Of a stretch of DNA of 64,000 nucleotides, positions 1 through 11,829 are shown piece by piece. The first letter of the stretch is position 1. Each line of letters starts with the position of its first letter. Source of the DNA: the human T2T-CHM13v2.0 reference genome, Homo sapiens. A program made the translations under genes and the position numbers. The notes beneath the pieces were generated by a model, which searched no databases, was not told where the DNA came from, and was given only the letters and a program-made list of their open reading frames with translations. The stretch is from the NCBI RefSeq assembly GCF_009914755.1, contig NC_060929.1; one strand, 5' to 3'.

Positions 1-21
1 CAGCCATAGATAATTAATACA
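1..21 (+). mobile_element. 3' tip of the 5' LTR of an MLT1 (MaLR) provirus, cut by the window edge
   Basis: cagccatagataattaataca matches the end of the LTR at 1443-1991 (cagcaatagataacaaataca) and is followed directly by the internal-region start gactttggtactgagagtgggg. Confidence 0.7.
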
Positions 22-1442
22 GACTTTGGTACTGAGAGTGGGGTTCTTCCATAACAAACGTCTACAAATGTGGAGTACACTGGAACTGGGCATTGAGTGG
101 ATGCTGGAGGAATGTTGAAGATCATGATAAGAAAGCCAGACTGCCTGGAACAGATTGTTACTAGAAATTTGGATATTGAAGATATTGCCAGTGAGGGTCA
201 ACAGAAAGCAAGGAACATGTTATTGGAAAATAGAAGAAGGTGGATCCTTGTCGTGGAATAGCAAAAGATTAATGACATTGTTGTCTACAGTTATATCTAA
301 AGGAGAATATTTGCCTAATAAACTTGGTAACTTAGCTGAAAAGATTTCCAAGAAAAATGTTATAGGTCATGCTTAATTTCTTCTCACTGCTTATAGTGAA
401 ATGTGAGAGAAAGAAAGAGAAATTGAGATGACTATTAAACAATAAGAAGATGTAAATTAATAATTTTGAGAAATTATCAGCTCCTCCAGGCAGCAAAAAA
501 TTCTAAAATTAAGAAATGGCATCAGAGAACTGTCAGAAAAAAACATGGCCTCGAGATAATCCTGGCCTAGGAGAAAAGTTGAGGGTGTAACTATTCTTAT
601 TCTTAGAAAAATAAATTGAATTAATATTCAGTCACGCAAAGGGATTCAGGTTAAGTCTCACAGATTCCCTCAGGCAAGCAATGTAGCCTCTAGGAAGCTG
701 AAGAACATTGTCCCTCAGCTATCTCAGCACGAACTCAAGGTACAGAAGGGCTTTCCTCAAAGACATTTGTGGCTGTGGGTTTTTAAAGTGGATTTAACCC
801 CAATAGGATTCACAGGAGGCTCACAAAGTTTTTGAGAAAACTATACTAGCAGGTACATTGCTAGTTTCAACTGAAAGGGGCAGAGAGAGGGCAAAATGAA
901 AAGAAGAATTATATTTCCCCAAATGCTACTGTCAGGAAGCTAGATGAGAGAGCAATTTCTCCACAACCATGTACTATCTTTTATGAAAAATAGATGAAGA
1001 CTCAGAGAAACAAACCAAGTACTCAAAGGGTAGAGCTGAGAGCCATGGAAAAGTTTTCCCAGAACTTGAAACCTGATAAAGGAATTTGCAACATTTGTCT
1101 AGCTTTTTTTCCGAATTGCTGTGGACTTTTTCTGTCTTCTGTTTTCCCTCCTTTTGAGCAGGAGTATCTAAAATGGTTATCTTATGCTTGTCCCAGCGTT
1201 AAGTGTTTGGGTGTGTTGGAGCAGGTATCTTGTCCCTTTAGTTTTTCAGATCTACAGATGGAGAAGTGTACCCCAGGAGCTACACCTGAGGATCTTCATC
1301 CACACATAGGCTTGATTTTGAAGATAAGCCTCTGGTATCTGACTTGATGCTGTAGTGGGATGAGACTTTTGGAGATCATAGCAGGGGCTGAAAGGATTTT
1401 GCATGTGGAAGGGACATGTATAAGTGGGAACAGGGGGTAGAC
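22..1442 (+). mobile_element. MLT1-int (MaLR internal region), degenerate
   Basis: Starts with the MaLR-int motif tttggtactgagagtgggg and ends with a polypurine tract (agggggtagac) abutting the TGT of the LTR; ORF 155-376 resembles the decayed MaLR ORF. Confidence 0.75.
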
Positions 1443-1991
1443 TGTGAGAGACAGCTTCTAACATGACTCCCAGTGACCTAGCCCTCTCTCCTCTGGCATT
1501 TATGATCTTCTCCTCTTGAAGGCAATTTAGACCCAGTGACTTGCTTCTAACAAACAGGATATGGCAAATGTGTTGGAGTGTTACTTCCCTGATGAGGTTA
1601 GAAAAGACTGTGACTCCTTTCTTTCTAATACCTGCTAACTTACTGGTACTCTTTCTTGCTCTCTAGCTTGCTCTGATGATGCAAGCTGCTATGTTGTGAG
1701 ATTTTTCGATGAAGATGTCCATGTGGCAAAGAACTAAGGAAAAATCTCTGGCCAACAGCATGTGAGGAACTCAGACTCATTCCAACAGCTTGCAGGAAAA
1801 TGAATCTTGCCAGCAACCATAAGAGTCAGCTAGAATGATATTCTTCCTAATCATGCCTTGAGATGACTGTAGCCTTGTTAGAGAATCTGAGCTGGAGAAC
1901 CCTGACTTGGAGATGCGTAAAATACATGTGTTTTATTTTAGTCTGCTGTGTTTTGGGGCAACTTGTTACACAGCAATAGATAACAAATACA
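1443..1991 (+). mobile_element. MLT1E/F-type 3' LTR
   Basis: TG...CA ends; MLT1 motifs gtgacttgcttctaacaaacaggatatggcaaa, catgtggcaaagaact and ttttggggcaacttgttacacagcaatagataac. Confidence 0.8.
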
Positions 1992-2324
1992 GCTCATTTC
2001 TTGTAGCCTTCTTCAAAAATTATGCGGAGACGTGCTCTGCTCGGGTTGAGCTGCCCCAGAATCCCCATTCTTTGCATGCCTGGTGGACACGTCTCTATTT
2101 TTTTCAGAAATATAATCTTTTTGCTATTAGAATGTCACTGTGTAGTTATCTTTTCACTCATAGGTCCTCATTTGGGCCCTAACAGATAGACTCCTGACCT
2201 GAGTTTCAGCCTCTACATTTTTATTATCAATTTTACTTATTTTTTGTAATTACAAAAAAAAATTGTCAATTGGTAATAATAATCGTGTACTTTATAACTA
2301 ATAATTGCTTTTATAATTTAATAA

Positions 2325-2530
2325 CCATTTATGTCAGACACTATACTAAGACCTTTGAGTTACCCTACATATGTTAAAACATTCATTATTTTTAATTTTA
2401 CTCACTAGACTATGTTTTCTAATTTATAGAGTTTCAGGGAGCTTGTGTAACTTGCTCACAGTCACACAGACAGTAAGGAATAGAGCTGGGATATGAACCT
2501 GCATCTAGATAATCCATCTCCAGAGGCCAC
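2325..2530 (-). mobile_element. MIR remnant
   Basis: taacttgctcacagtcacacagacagtaaggaatagagctgggatatgaacc is the reverse MIR core. Confidence 0.6.
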
Positions 2531-2668
2531 ACTCACATACTGAAAAGTAAAAATAAAAGTTAATAATTTCACTACCACAAATGTTAGCATCAGAAATTAT
2601 GTCTGTTAGTAGTATATTGACTTATTTAGTTTATTTGGCTTCTTTTTTTCTTTTTCTATGTATATGAG

Positions 2669-3038
2669 TGTATTAGTCTGTTTTTACACTGCTATGAAGA
2701 ACTGCCAGAGACTGGGTAATTATAGAGAAAAGGGGTTTAATTGACTCACAGTTCTACATGGCTGGGGAGGCCTCAGGAAACTTAAAATCATGGCGGAAGG
2801 GGAAGCAGGCACATCTTACATGGTTACAGGTGAGACAGAAAGAAAGAGAGAATCCAAGGGGAAGCTCCCATTTATAAAACCAACAGATCTCATGAGAACT
2901 CCCTCACAATTATGAGAACAGCATGGGGGATCATAGAACCCCATGATCCAATCACCTGCCATCAGGTTCCTCCCTAAACACTTGGGGATTACAATTCAAG
3001 ATGAGATTTGGGTGGCGAGACAAAGCCTAACCATATTA
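2669..3038 (-). mobile_element. THE1D/MSTA-type solo LTR
   Basis: tgtattagtctgtttttacactgct ... gatgagatttgggtggcgagacaaagcctaaccatatta is the reverse complement of the THE1/MST consensus. Confidence 0.9.
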
Positions 3039-3171
3039 AATGACTATTTATTTGATACAGTAAAAACTTCTGCTTTTTCTACTATTTTTCTGGATGCTCT
3101 CTCTCCCCCAGCACCCCCAACAGGCCCCAGTGTGTGTTGTTTCCATCCCTGTGTCCATGGGTTCTCATCGT

Positions 3172-6100
3172 TCAGTACCCACTTATAAGTGAGAACTTAG
3201 AGTGTTTGGTTTTCTGTTCCTGCATCAGCTTGCTGATGATAATGGCTTCTATCTCTATCCATGTCTCTGCAAAGGACATGATCTCTGATATGGTTTGGCT
3301 GTGTCCTCACCGAAATCTCATCTTGAATTATAGCTCCCATAATCCCCACATGTCATGGGAGGGATCCAGTAGGACATAATTGAATCATGGGGATGGGTCT
3401 TTCCTGTGCTGTTCTAGTGATAGGAAATAAGTCTCATGAGATCTGATGGTTTTATAAATGGAAGTTCCCCTGCACATACACTCTTGCTTGCTGCCTTGTA
3501 AGACGTGTCTTGCTTCCTCTTTCCCTCCACCATGATTGGGAGTCCACCCAGCTATGTGGAACTGTGAGTCAATTAAACCTCTTTCCTTTATAAATTACCC
3601 AGTCTTGGGTATGTCTTTATTAGTAGCATGAGAACAGACCAATACAATCTCCTTCTGTTTTACAGCTGCATAGTATTCCTTTTTGTATATGTACCACATT
3701 TTCTTTACCCACTCCATCATTGATAGGCATTTGGGTTGATTCCATGTCTTTGCTATTGTAAATAGTGCTGCAATGAACATGCACGTGCATGTATATTTAT
3801 AATAGAATGATTTATATTCCTCTGGGTATATACCAAGTAATTGAATTGCTAGGTCAAATGGTTTTTCTGGTTCTAGATCATTGAGGAATCATCACACTGT
3901 CTTCCACAATAGTTGAACAAATCTACATTCCCACCAACAGTGTAAAAGCATTCCGATTGCTCTGTTACTTGCCAGCATCTGTTGTTTCTTGACATTTTAA
4001 TAATTGCCATTCTGGCTGGCATGAAATGGTATCTCATTGTGGTTTTGATATGCATTTATCTAATGATCAGTGATGTTATGCTTTTTTCATATGTTTGTTG
4101 GCTGTGTAAATGTCTTCATTTGAGAAGTGTCTGTGTTCACGTCCCTTGCCTACTTTTTAATGTTTTATTTTTCTTGAGAATTTGTTTAAGTCCTTTGTAG
4201 ACTCTGGATATTAGACCTTCGCCAGATTGATAGATTGCAGAACTTTTCTCCCATTTCGTAGGTTATCCGGTTGCTCTGATGATAGTTTCTTTTGCTGTGC
4301 AGAACAGTTTAATTAGATCCCACTTGTCAATTTTTGCTTTTGTTGCAATTGCTTTTGGCATTTTCATAATGAAATCTTTGCCCTTGCCTATGTCCTGAAT
4401 GGTATTGCCTAGATTTTCTTCTAGGGCTTTTTTGGTTTTACATTTAAGTCTTTAATCCATCTTGAGTTAATTTTTGTATAAGATGTAAGGAGGGGGTCCA
4501 GTTGCAATTTTCTGCAAAAGGCTGCCCAGATCTCCCAGCATCATTTATTAAAAAGGGAATCCTTTCTCCCTTTTTGCTTGTTTTTGCCAGGTTTGTTGAA
4601 GATCAGATGGTTGTATATGTGTGGTGTTATTTCTGAGGTCTCTATTCTGTTCCACTGGTCTATATGTCTGTTTTGGTATCAGTATCATGCTGTTTTGGTT
4701 ACTATAGCCTTGTAGTGTAGTTTGAAATCAGGTAGTGTGAGGCCTCCAGCTTTGTTATTTTTGCTTAGGATTGTCTTGGCTATACAGGCTCTGTTTTGGT
4801 TTCATATGAATTTTAAAATAGTTTTTTATAATTCTGTGAAGAATGTTAATGGTAGTTTAATGGGAATAGCATTTAATTTATAAACTACTTTGCCCAGTGT
4901 GGCCATTTTCTTGATATTAATTCTTCCTATCCATGAGCATGGAATGTTTTCCATTTGTTTGTGTCCTCTCTGATTTCCTTGAGCAGTGGTTTGTTGTTCT
5001 CCTTGAAAAGGTCCTTCACTTCCCTAGCTGTATTCCTAGGTATTTTATTCTTTTTTATAGCAATTGTGAATGGGAGTTCATTCATGATTTGGCTCTCCAC
5101 TTGTCTGTTGTTGGTGTATAGGAATGCCTATGAGTTTTGCACATTGATTTTGTGTCCTGAGAATTTGCCAAAGTTCCTTATCAGCTTAAGGAGCTTTGGG
5201 ACTGAGATGACGGGGTTTTCTAGATATAGGATCATGTCATCTGAAACAAGGCAATTTGACTTCCTTACTTCCTTGTCTTGTGGTGACTTTCAAGGGGAAT
5301 GCTTCCACCTTTTGCCCATTCAATATGATATTGGCTTTGGGTTTATCAGAAATGGCTCTAATTGTTTTGAGGTATGTTCCTTCAATGCCAAGTTTATTGA
5401 GAGTTTTAAACATGAAGAGATGTTGAATTTCACTGAAGGGCTTTTCCGGGTCTATTGAGATAACATGTGGTTTATATCTTTAGTTCTGTTTATGTGATGA
5501 ATTGCATATATTGATTTGCATATGTTGAAATGTCCTTGCATCCTGGGGATGAAGCCGACTTGATCCTGGTGGATACACCTTTTGATGTGCTGCTGGATTT
5601 GGTTTGCCAGTATTTTATTGAGGGTTTTTGCGTTGATGTTTTTCAGGGATATTGGCCTGAAGTCTTCTTCTTTTTCTTTGTATCTCTGCCAGGTCTTGGT
5701 ATTGGGATGATGCTGGCCTCATACAATGATTTAGGGAGGAGTCCTTCTTTTCAGTAGTTTGGAATAGTTTCAGAAGAAATGATACCAGCTTCTCTTTGTA
5801 CCTCTGGTAGAATTCAGCTGTAAATCCATCTGGTCCTGGGGGATTTTTTGGTTGGTAGGCAATTTATTACTGCCTCAATTAAAAAAATTCATTACTGGTC
5901 TCTTCAGGGATTCAACTTCTTCCTGGTTCAGTCGTGGGAGAGTGTATGCCTCCAGAAATTTATCCATTTCTTCTAGATTGTCTAGTTTATTTACATAGAG
6001 GTGTTTATAGTATTCTCTGAGGGTTGTGTGTATTTCTGTGCATCAGTATGATAGCCTCCTTATCATTTCTGATTGTGTCTATTTGAATATTCTCTTTTCT

Positions 6101-7227
6101 TTATTAGTCTAGTTAGTGGTATATTTTATTAGGTTTTTTTTCCAAAAAAACAGCTCTTGGATTTGTTGATTTTTTTGAAGGCTTTTTTGTGTCTCTGTTT
6201 CATACAGTTCTGCTCTGATATTGGTTATTTCTTGTCTTCAGCTCACTTTGGGGTTTGTTTGCTCTTAGTTCTCCAGTTCTTTTAGTTGTGATGTTAGGAT
6301 GTCAATTTCAGATTTTTATAGCTTTTTGACATGGGCATTTAGTGATATAAATTTCTCTTTTAACACTGCCTTAGTTGCATCCCAGAGATTCTGGTACATT
6401 GTGTTTTGTTCTCATTAGTTTAAAAAAACTTCTTGATTTCTGTCTTAATTTCATTATTTACCCAGGAGTCAGTCAGGGGCAGGTTGTTCAATTTTCCATG
6501 TAATTGTGTAGTTTTGAATGAGTTTCTTAATCTTGAGTTCTAAATTGATTGAGCTGTGGTCTGAGAGACTGTTTTGGTTTCAGTTCTTTTGCATTTGCTG
6601 AGGAGTGTTTTACTTGAAATTTTGTGATCTATTTTAGAGTAATTGCCATTTGGCACAAACTAAAATGTGTATCTGTTGTTTAGGGTGGAGAGTTCTGTAG
6701 GAATCTATCAGATCTGCTTGATCCAGAGCTGAGTGTAGGCCCTGAATATCTTTGTTAATTTTCTGTCTCCATGATCTGTCTAATATTGACATTGTGGTGT
6801 TAAAGTCTCCCCCTATTATTGTGTGGGAGTCTAAGTCTCTTTGAAGGTCTCTAAGAATGTGTTTTATGAATCTGGGTGCTCCTGTATTGGGTGCATAAAT
6901 ATTTAGGATACTTAGCTCTTCTTGTTGAATTAAACCCTTTACCATTATGTAATGCCCTTCTTTGTGTTTTTTCAATATTTGTTGGTTTAAAGTGTCTTTT
7001 GTCAGCAACTGGAATTGCAACCCCTGATTTTTTCTGTTTTCTATTTGCTTGGTAAATTTTCCTCCATCCCTTTATTTTGAGCCTATGTATGTCTTTGCAC
7101 ATGAGATGAGTCTCATGAATGCAGCACACTGATGGGTCTTAACTTTTCATCCAGCCTGCCATTCTGTGTCTTTTAATTGGGGCATTTAGCCCATTAATAA
7201 TGTTATATGTATATTTAATCCTGTCAT
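3172..7227 (-). pseudogene. L1 ORF2 (endonuclease/reverse transcriptase) remnant with stops, frameshifts, an internal deletion near 5265 and a THE1B insertion
   Basis: Fragments LNIYAPNTGAPRFIK...GDFNT (EN domain), [11 protein letters not shown] and [18 protein letters not shown] (C-terminal region); ATG at 7227. Confidence 0.9.
3286..3646 (+). mobile_element. THE1B-type solo LTR nested in L1 ORF2
   Basis: tgatatggtttggctgtgtc...agaacagaccaataca; perfect 5-bp TSD ATCTC at 3281-3285 and 3647-3651. Confidence 0.93.
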
Positions 7228-7272
7228 TATGATGCTAGCTAGTTATTTTGCAGACCTGTTTAGATAGTTGCT

Positions 7273-8320
7273 TCATAGTGTCATTGATCTGTGAACTTCA
7301 GAGTGTTTTTGTTGTGGCTGATAATGGTTTTTCCTTTCCATGTTTAGTGCTTCCTCCAGGAGCTCTTGCAAGGATGGCCTGGTGCTGATGAATTCCTTCA
7401 GCAATTGCTCGTCTGAAAAGTATTTTATTTCTCCTTCATTTATGAAGCTCAGTTTGGCTGGATATGAAATTCTGGGTTGGAAATTCTTTTCTTTAAGAAT
7501 GTTGAATATTGGTCCCCAATCTCTTCTGGTTTGTAGGATTTCCGCTGACAGGTCTGCTGTTAGTCTGATGGGTTTCCCTTTGTAGTTGACCCGGCCCTTT
7601 TCTCTTGGTGTCCTTAACACTTTTTCTTTCATTTTGACCTTGGAGAATCTGATGATTATGTATCTTGGGCTTAATCTTCTCATGGAGTATCTTACTGGGG
7701 TTCTCTGAATTTCCTGAATTTGGAAGTTGGCCTGTCTTGTTAGATTGGCGAAGTTCTCCTGGATGATATCCTGAAGTAGGTTTTCCAACTTCGTTCCATT
7801 CTTCTCCTCTCTTTCAGGTATCCCAATCAGTTGTAGGTATGGCCTTTCTATATAATCCCACATTTCTCTAAGACTTTACCCATTCCTTTTCATTCTTTTT
7901 TTTTTTTTTTTCCTAATCTTGTCTGCCTGTCTTATTCCAGCAAGATAGTCTTCAGTCTCTGAGGTTCTTTCCTTTACTTGGTCTATCTGGCTATTGACAC
8001 TTATCATTGCATTGTGAAGTTCTTGTGTTTTTCAGCTCCCTGAGGTCATTTATGTTTCTCTCTAAACTGGCTATTCTGGTTATCAACTCCTGTAATGTTT
8101 TATTATTGTTCTTAGCTTCTTTGCTTTGGGTTAGAACATGCTCCTTTAGCTCAGTGAAGTTCTTTGTTACTAACCTTCTGAAGCCTACTTCTGTCAATTC
8201 ATCCATCTCAGCCACAGCCTAGTTCTGTGCCTTTTCTGGGGAGGTGTTGCAATCATTTGGAGGAGAAGAGCCTTTCTGGATCTTTTAATTTTCAGTGTTT
8301 TTGCATTGATTCTTTCGCAT
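7273..8320 (-). pseudogene. L1 ORF1 remnant, frameshifted
   Basis: MRKNQCKNTEN start at 8320; coiled-coil fragment 7991-8215; WDYIERPYLQLIGIPE...KPIRLTADLSAE...RISYPAKLSF fragment 7273-7863. Confidence 0.9.
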
Positions 8321-9840
8321 CTTTGTGAGGTTACCTACATTCAATCTTTGAGGGTGCTGATCTTTGGATGGGTTTTTTTGTGGGGTCTTTTTTGTTGTTG
8401 TTGCTACGGCTTTCTGTTTGTTTTTCTTTAAACAGTCAGGCTCCTCTTTCATAAGGCTGCTGCAGTTTGCTGGGGGTCCGCTCCAGAACCTATTTACCTG
8501 TGTGTCTCCCATAACTGGAGGCTGCAAAACAGCAAAGATGGCAGCCTGCTCCTCCTTTCTCTGGGAGGTTCGTCCCAGAGGGGCGAACCTGATGCCAGCT
8601 GGAATGCTCTTGTATGAGGTTTCTGGCAACTCCTGTTGGGAGATCTCATCTAGTCAGGAAGAAGGGGATCAGGAATCTGCTCAAAGAAGCAATCTGGCTG
8701 CCCCTTGGCTGAGTGAGTGTGCTGCACTGAAGGGAATTCCCCTCATCCAGACTGCCCGGATTCTTCAGAGCCAGCAGGCAGGAAAGACTAAGTAGGCTGA
8801 ACCGTGGAGACTGTGGCCACCCCTTCCCCCAGAGGCTCCATCCCGGAGATCAGAGTTCTGTCCATAAACCCCTGGCTGGAGTTGCTGAAATTCTCACAGG
8901 GAGGCCTTGCTTAGTGAGGAGGGATGGATCAGGGTCCTACTTAAAGAAGCAGTCTGGCCATGATCTGCCACCACCACTGTGCTGTGTTGTGGGGAATTCC
9001 TCCTGGTCCAAACCGCCCAGTGTCCCCAGCACTGGCAGGGGAAAACAGCAGACTAGAGCCACAGAGATGGTGGCCACCTGTTCCCCTGGGAACTGGGTCA
9101 TCTTAGGCAGTCTCCAGCCTGCTATCACTGGCCACAGGGATTCCATGCCAATAGGTCTTAGCTGGTGAGACTCCATGGCCTGCTGTGGGGCCTGCTGAAT
9201 GTCACCTCTTGGCTCCCTGGCTTTAGCCCCCTTCTAGTGGGAGTGGACAGATTTCCTGCCTCACCAGAATTCCCAGGGCTGGAGTATGCAAAACAACTCC
9301 TCCATCTCAGTACCTGCCTGAATGGCCACCAACCCAAGCAGCTGCCGCCAAAGTCTACACAGCTTTGTGCTTGGGACCCAAGGCCCTGGTGATGTGAGCT
9401 CACAAGGGGATCTCCTGATCCTGAGGTGGCAAAGATATGTGGGAAAAGCATAGTTTCCCAGGCTGGGTAGCACAATCACTCACCACCTCTCTTGGCTGGG
9501 GGTTGGGGCTCCCCTAACCCTGGGTGTGCTGTTGCCCCACCCTGTTTTTCCTTGCTCTTCATGCGTTGTGCCAACTACCTAGTCAGTCCCAATGGGAGAA
9601 CCTGGATACCTCAGTTGAAGGTGCAGAATTCACTCACCGCTTTTGTTCTTCTCGGTGAGGGCCACCAACCACAGCTGTTTCTAATCAGCCATCTTGCTCC
9701 CCACCCATAAATATTTTCTTAAGCTATGTTTTTGGAAACATGATTTTCAATAGGTATAAAATATTCTAGCATTTACATATCTTAATTTTTAATCATTACT
9801 TATTGGACATGTCTCTAATTTTTTTTCTAACAAAGAATTC

Positions 9841-10170
9841 TTTTTTTAAACGTTGAGACAGGGTCTCACTCTGTGACACAGGCTGGAGTGCAGTGGCGTA
9901 ATTTCAGCTCACTGCAACCTCCTCTTTCCAGGCTCAAGGGATCCTCCTGTCTCAGCTTCCTGAGTAGCTGGGACTACAAACATGCACCACTGTGACTGGC
10001 TAATTTTGTTTTTATTTTTTTATAGAGATAAGGTCTCACTAAGTTTCCCAGTCTCAAACTCCTCGAGCAATCCACCTTGAGACCTCTCTGGTCTCAAACT
10101 CCTCAAGCAATCATCCCACGTTGACCTCCTATAGTGCTGGGATTATGGGCGTGAGCCACCACAACTGGCT
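9841..10170 (-). mobile_element. AluJ
   Basis: gagacagggtctcactctgt, ggctcaagggatcctcc (J-type diagnostics), ending gagccaccacaactggct. Confidence 0.88.
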
Positions 10171-10199
10171 TGTAATTAATAATTGTTAAAAAATACTCA

Positions 10200-10550
10200 A
10201 CAAAGCATTTTTCTTGAACATAGATACTTATATTCAAGAATAAAATCTTTAATTGCACATTTCATGCTTGATAATTTTCTTAGCATAAATTCTTAGATGT
10301 GGATATACTAAGTCAAATGTACAAATACTTTTAAGGTTCTTGACATGTATTAACAAAATGATTTCCTGAGAGGGAAAAAACCGTCACACTTCTTAAATAA
10401 TTTAAGTGCTTACCTGTCATGTCAAATCAATCTCAGTATTTTTATTGTTTCAAATTTTTTAATTAAATAAAAAAACTCATAATTTTAGTATTTATTCTTA
10501 TTGAATATAAAACAGTATCCAAATGTTCATTTACTTATTTCTAAGTTTAT
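10200..10550 (-). mobile_element. Ancient L1M (L1ME/MC-like) 3' remnant
   Basis: gcataaattcttagatgtggatatactaagtcaaatg...gacatgtattaacaaaatgatttcc resembles the reverse L1M 3' region. Confidence 0.5.
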
Positions 10551-10569
10551 TAATTTAGTTCAGTGTTTA

Positions 10570-11490
10570 CTGGGAGAGGAAGAAGAGGAGGGAAGAGTGG
10601 GCAGGGTGTATTGAACAGAAGGAACAGCTGAGCAGAGGCACAGAGACATAAGAAGGCAGACAAGAAGGCAAGTAGACGCCATTATAGAATTTTAAGTATG
10701 GAAATAACAGGACAAAAAGTGTACTTTCCAAAGATTGTTCTGGAAACAAGGTACACAATAAATTTACAAAAATGAGAATAGAGTGAATGGGTAAAAATTA
10801 AGTCAGGGAAATCAGTTAAGAAGCTATTTTTTTACAGTCATGTGCCACTTAACAATGGGGATGTGATCTGAGAGATGTGTCATTACGGAATTTCATTGTG
10901 GCATGAACCTCATAGAATGTCCTTACACAAACCTAGATGGTATAGCATCCCATCCACCTAGACTTCGTGGTATAACCTATTGCTCCTAGGCTACACACCT
11001 GTACAGCGTGTTATTGTACTGAACACTGTAAACAGTTCAACAGAATGGTATTTGTGTACATAGCTAAACACAGAAGAGTTACAGAAAAATACAGTAGTAT
11101 CATCTTATGAGACCACTGTTGTATATTCAGTGCATCCTTAACCAAAGTGCCGTTATGTGTTACATGCCTGTAATCAACACAAGAAAATGAGAGTGAAGAT
11201 AAGACAAAATTAAGGTGGTGGCTATGAAAATAGAAAGAAGGGGGCAGCTTCAAGGGGCATTTAGAAGGTTGAATCAATACCGTGTATGGAGGCTTCTTGG
11301 ATGTAGGAAGAATAGGATAAGTGTGAGATGACTGCCAGATTTCTGGCTGGTGATACTTGGGTGGTAGCATTTCACTGAGTAAAGAAATAGAGGCACCTTG
11401 GGGAAGCCACATGAAGACACCCAAAACTAGTCAGTTGCATAGGTTCATCACCTAAAAAAAAAGCAGGGTTTGGAGACAGAGGTTTAAAAA
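10570..11490 (-). mobile_element. L2 remnant, interrupted by Tigger3a
   Basis: Purine-rich L2 antisense motifs gggaaatcagttaagaagctatt, ggggcatttagaaggttgaatcaa, gatgactgccagatttctggct. Confidence 0.55.
10835..11170 (-). mobile_element. Tigger3a/MER7-type MITE
   Basis: TA-flanked TIRs cagtcatgtgccacttaac ... gttatgtgttacatgcctg; internal ctcctaggctacacacctgtacagcgtgttattgtactgaa. Confidence 0.8.
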
Positions 11491-11501
11491 ATGCTAGGAA
11501 G

Positions 11502-11789
11502 GGCCAGGCGCAGTGGCTCACGCCTGTAATGCCAGCACTTTGGGAGGCCGAGGCGGGCGGATCAAGAGGTCAGGAGATCGAGACCATCCTGGCTAACACA
11601 GTGAAACCCGGTCTCTACTAAAAATACAAAAAAATTAGCTGGGTGTGGTGGCGGGCGCCTGCAGTCCCAGCTGCTTGGGAGGCTGAGGCAGAGAATGGCG
11701 TGAACCCGGGAGGCAGAGCTTGCAGTGAGCCGAGGTCGCGCCACTGCACTCCAGCCTGAGCGAGACTCCATATCAAAAAAAAAAAGACT
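11502..11789 (+). mobile_element. AluY
   Basis: gagatcgagaccatcctggctaacac and gaatggcgtgaacccgggaggcagagcttgcag diagnostics; degenerate TSD aaaaaatgctaggaag / aaaaaaagctaggtag. Confidence 0.93.
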
Positions 11790-11829
11790 AAAAAAAGCTA
11801 GGTAGTACTTGAGGTTATTCCCCCAAACC

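Larger units (their letters stand above)
3080..9706 (-). mobile_element. Near full-length older primate LINE-1 (approx. L1PA10-L1PA13), interrupted by THE1B, lacking the distal 3'UTR and poly(A)
   Basis: 5' end reads GGGTGGGGAGCAAGATGGCTGATTAGAAAC on the minus strand; ~1.4 kb 5'UTR, then ORF1, ORF2 and partial 3'UTR in colinear order. Confidence 0.93.

Noticed and set aside
3982-5757. Plus-strand hydrophobic ORFs (e.g. 4955-5458, 167 aa)
   Set aside because: They are antisense frames of L1 ORF2, a common artefact, not membrane-protein genes
8285-9710. Dense cluster of overlapping ORFs
   Set aside because: All lie in the GC-richer L1 5'UTR where stop codons are rare; no recognisable protein apart from the ORF1 start
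11562-11771. MESRS/MESHS-type ORFs (also at 33093, 47035, 49732 and 52034)
   Set aside because: Alu-derived translations
9841-11789. Inverted AluJ/AluY pair
   Set aside because: Divergent subfamilies and a rearranged AluJ make pairing weak; this is an ordinary configuration
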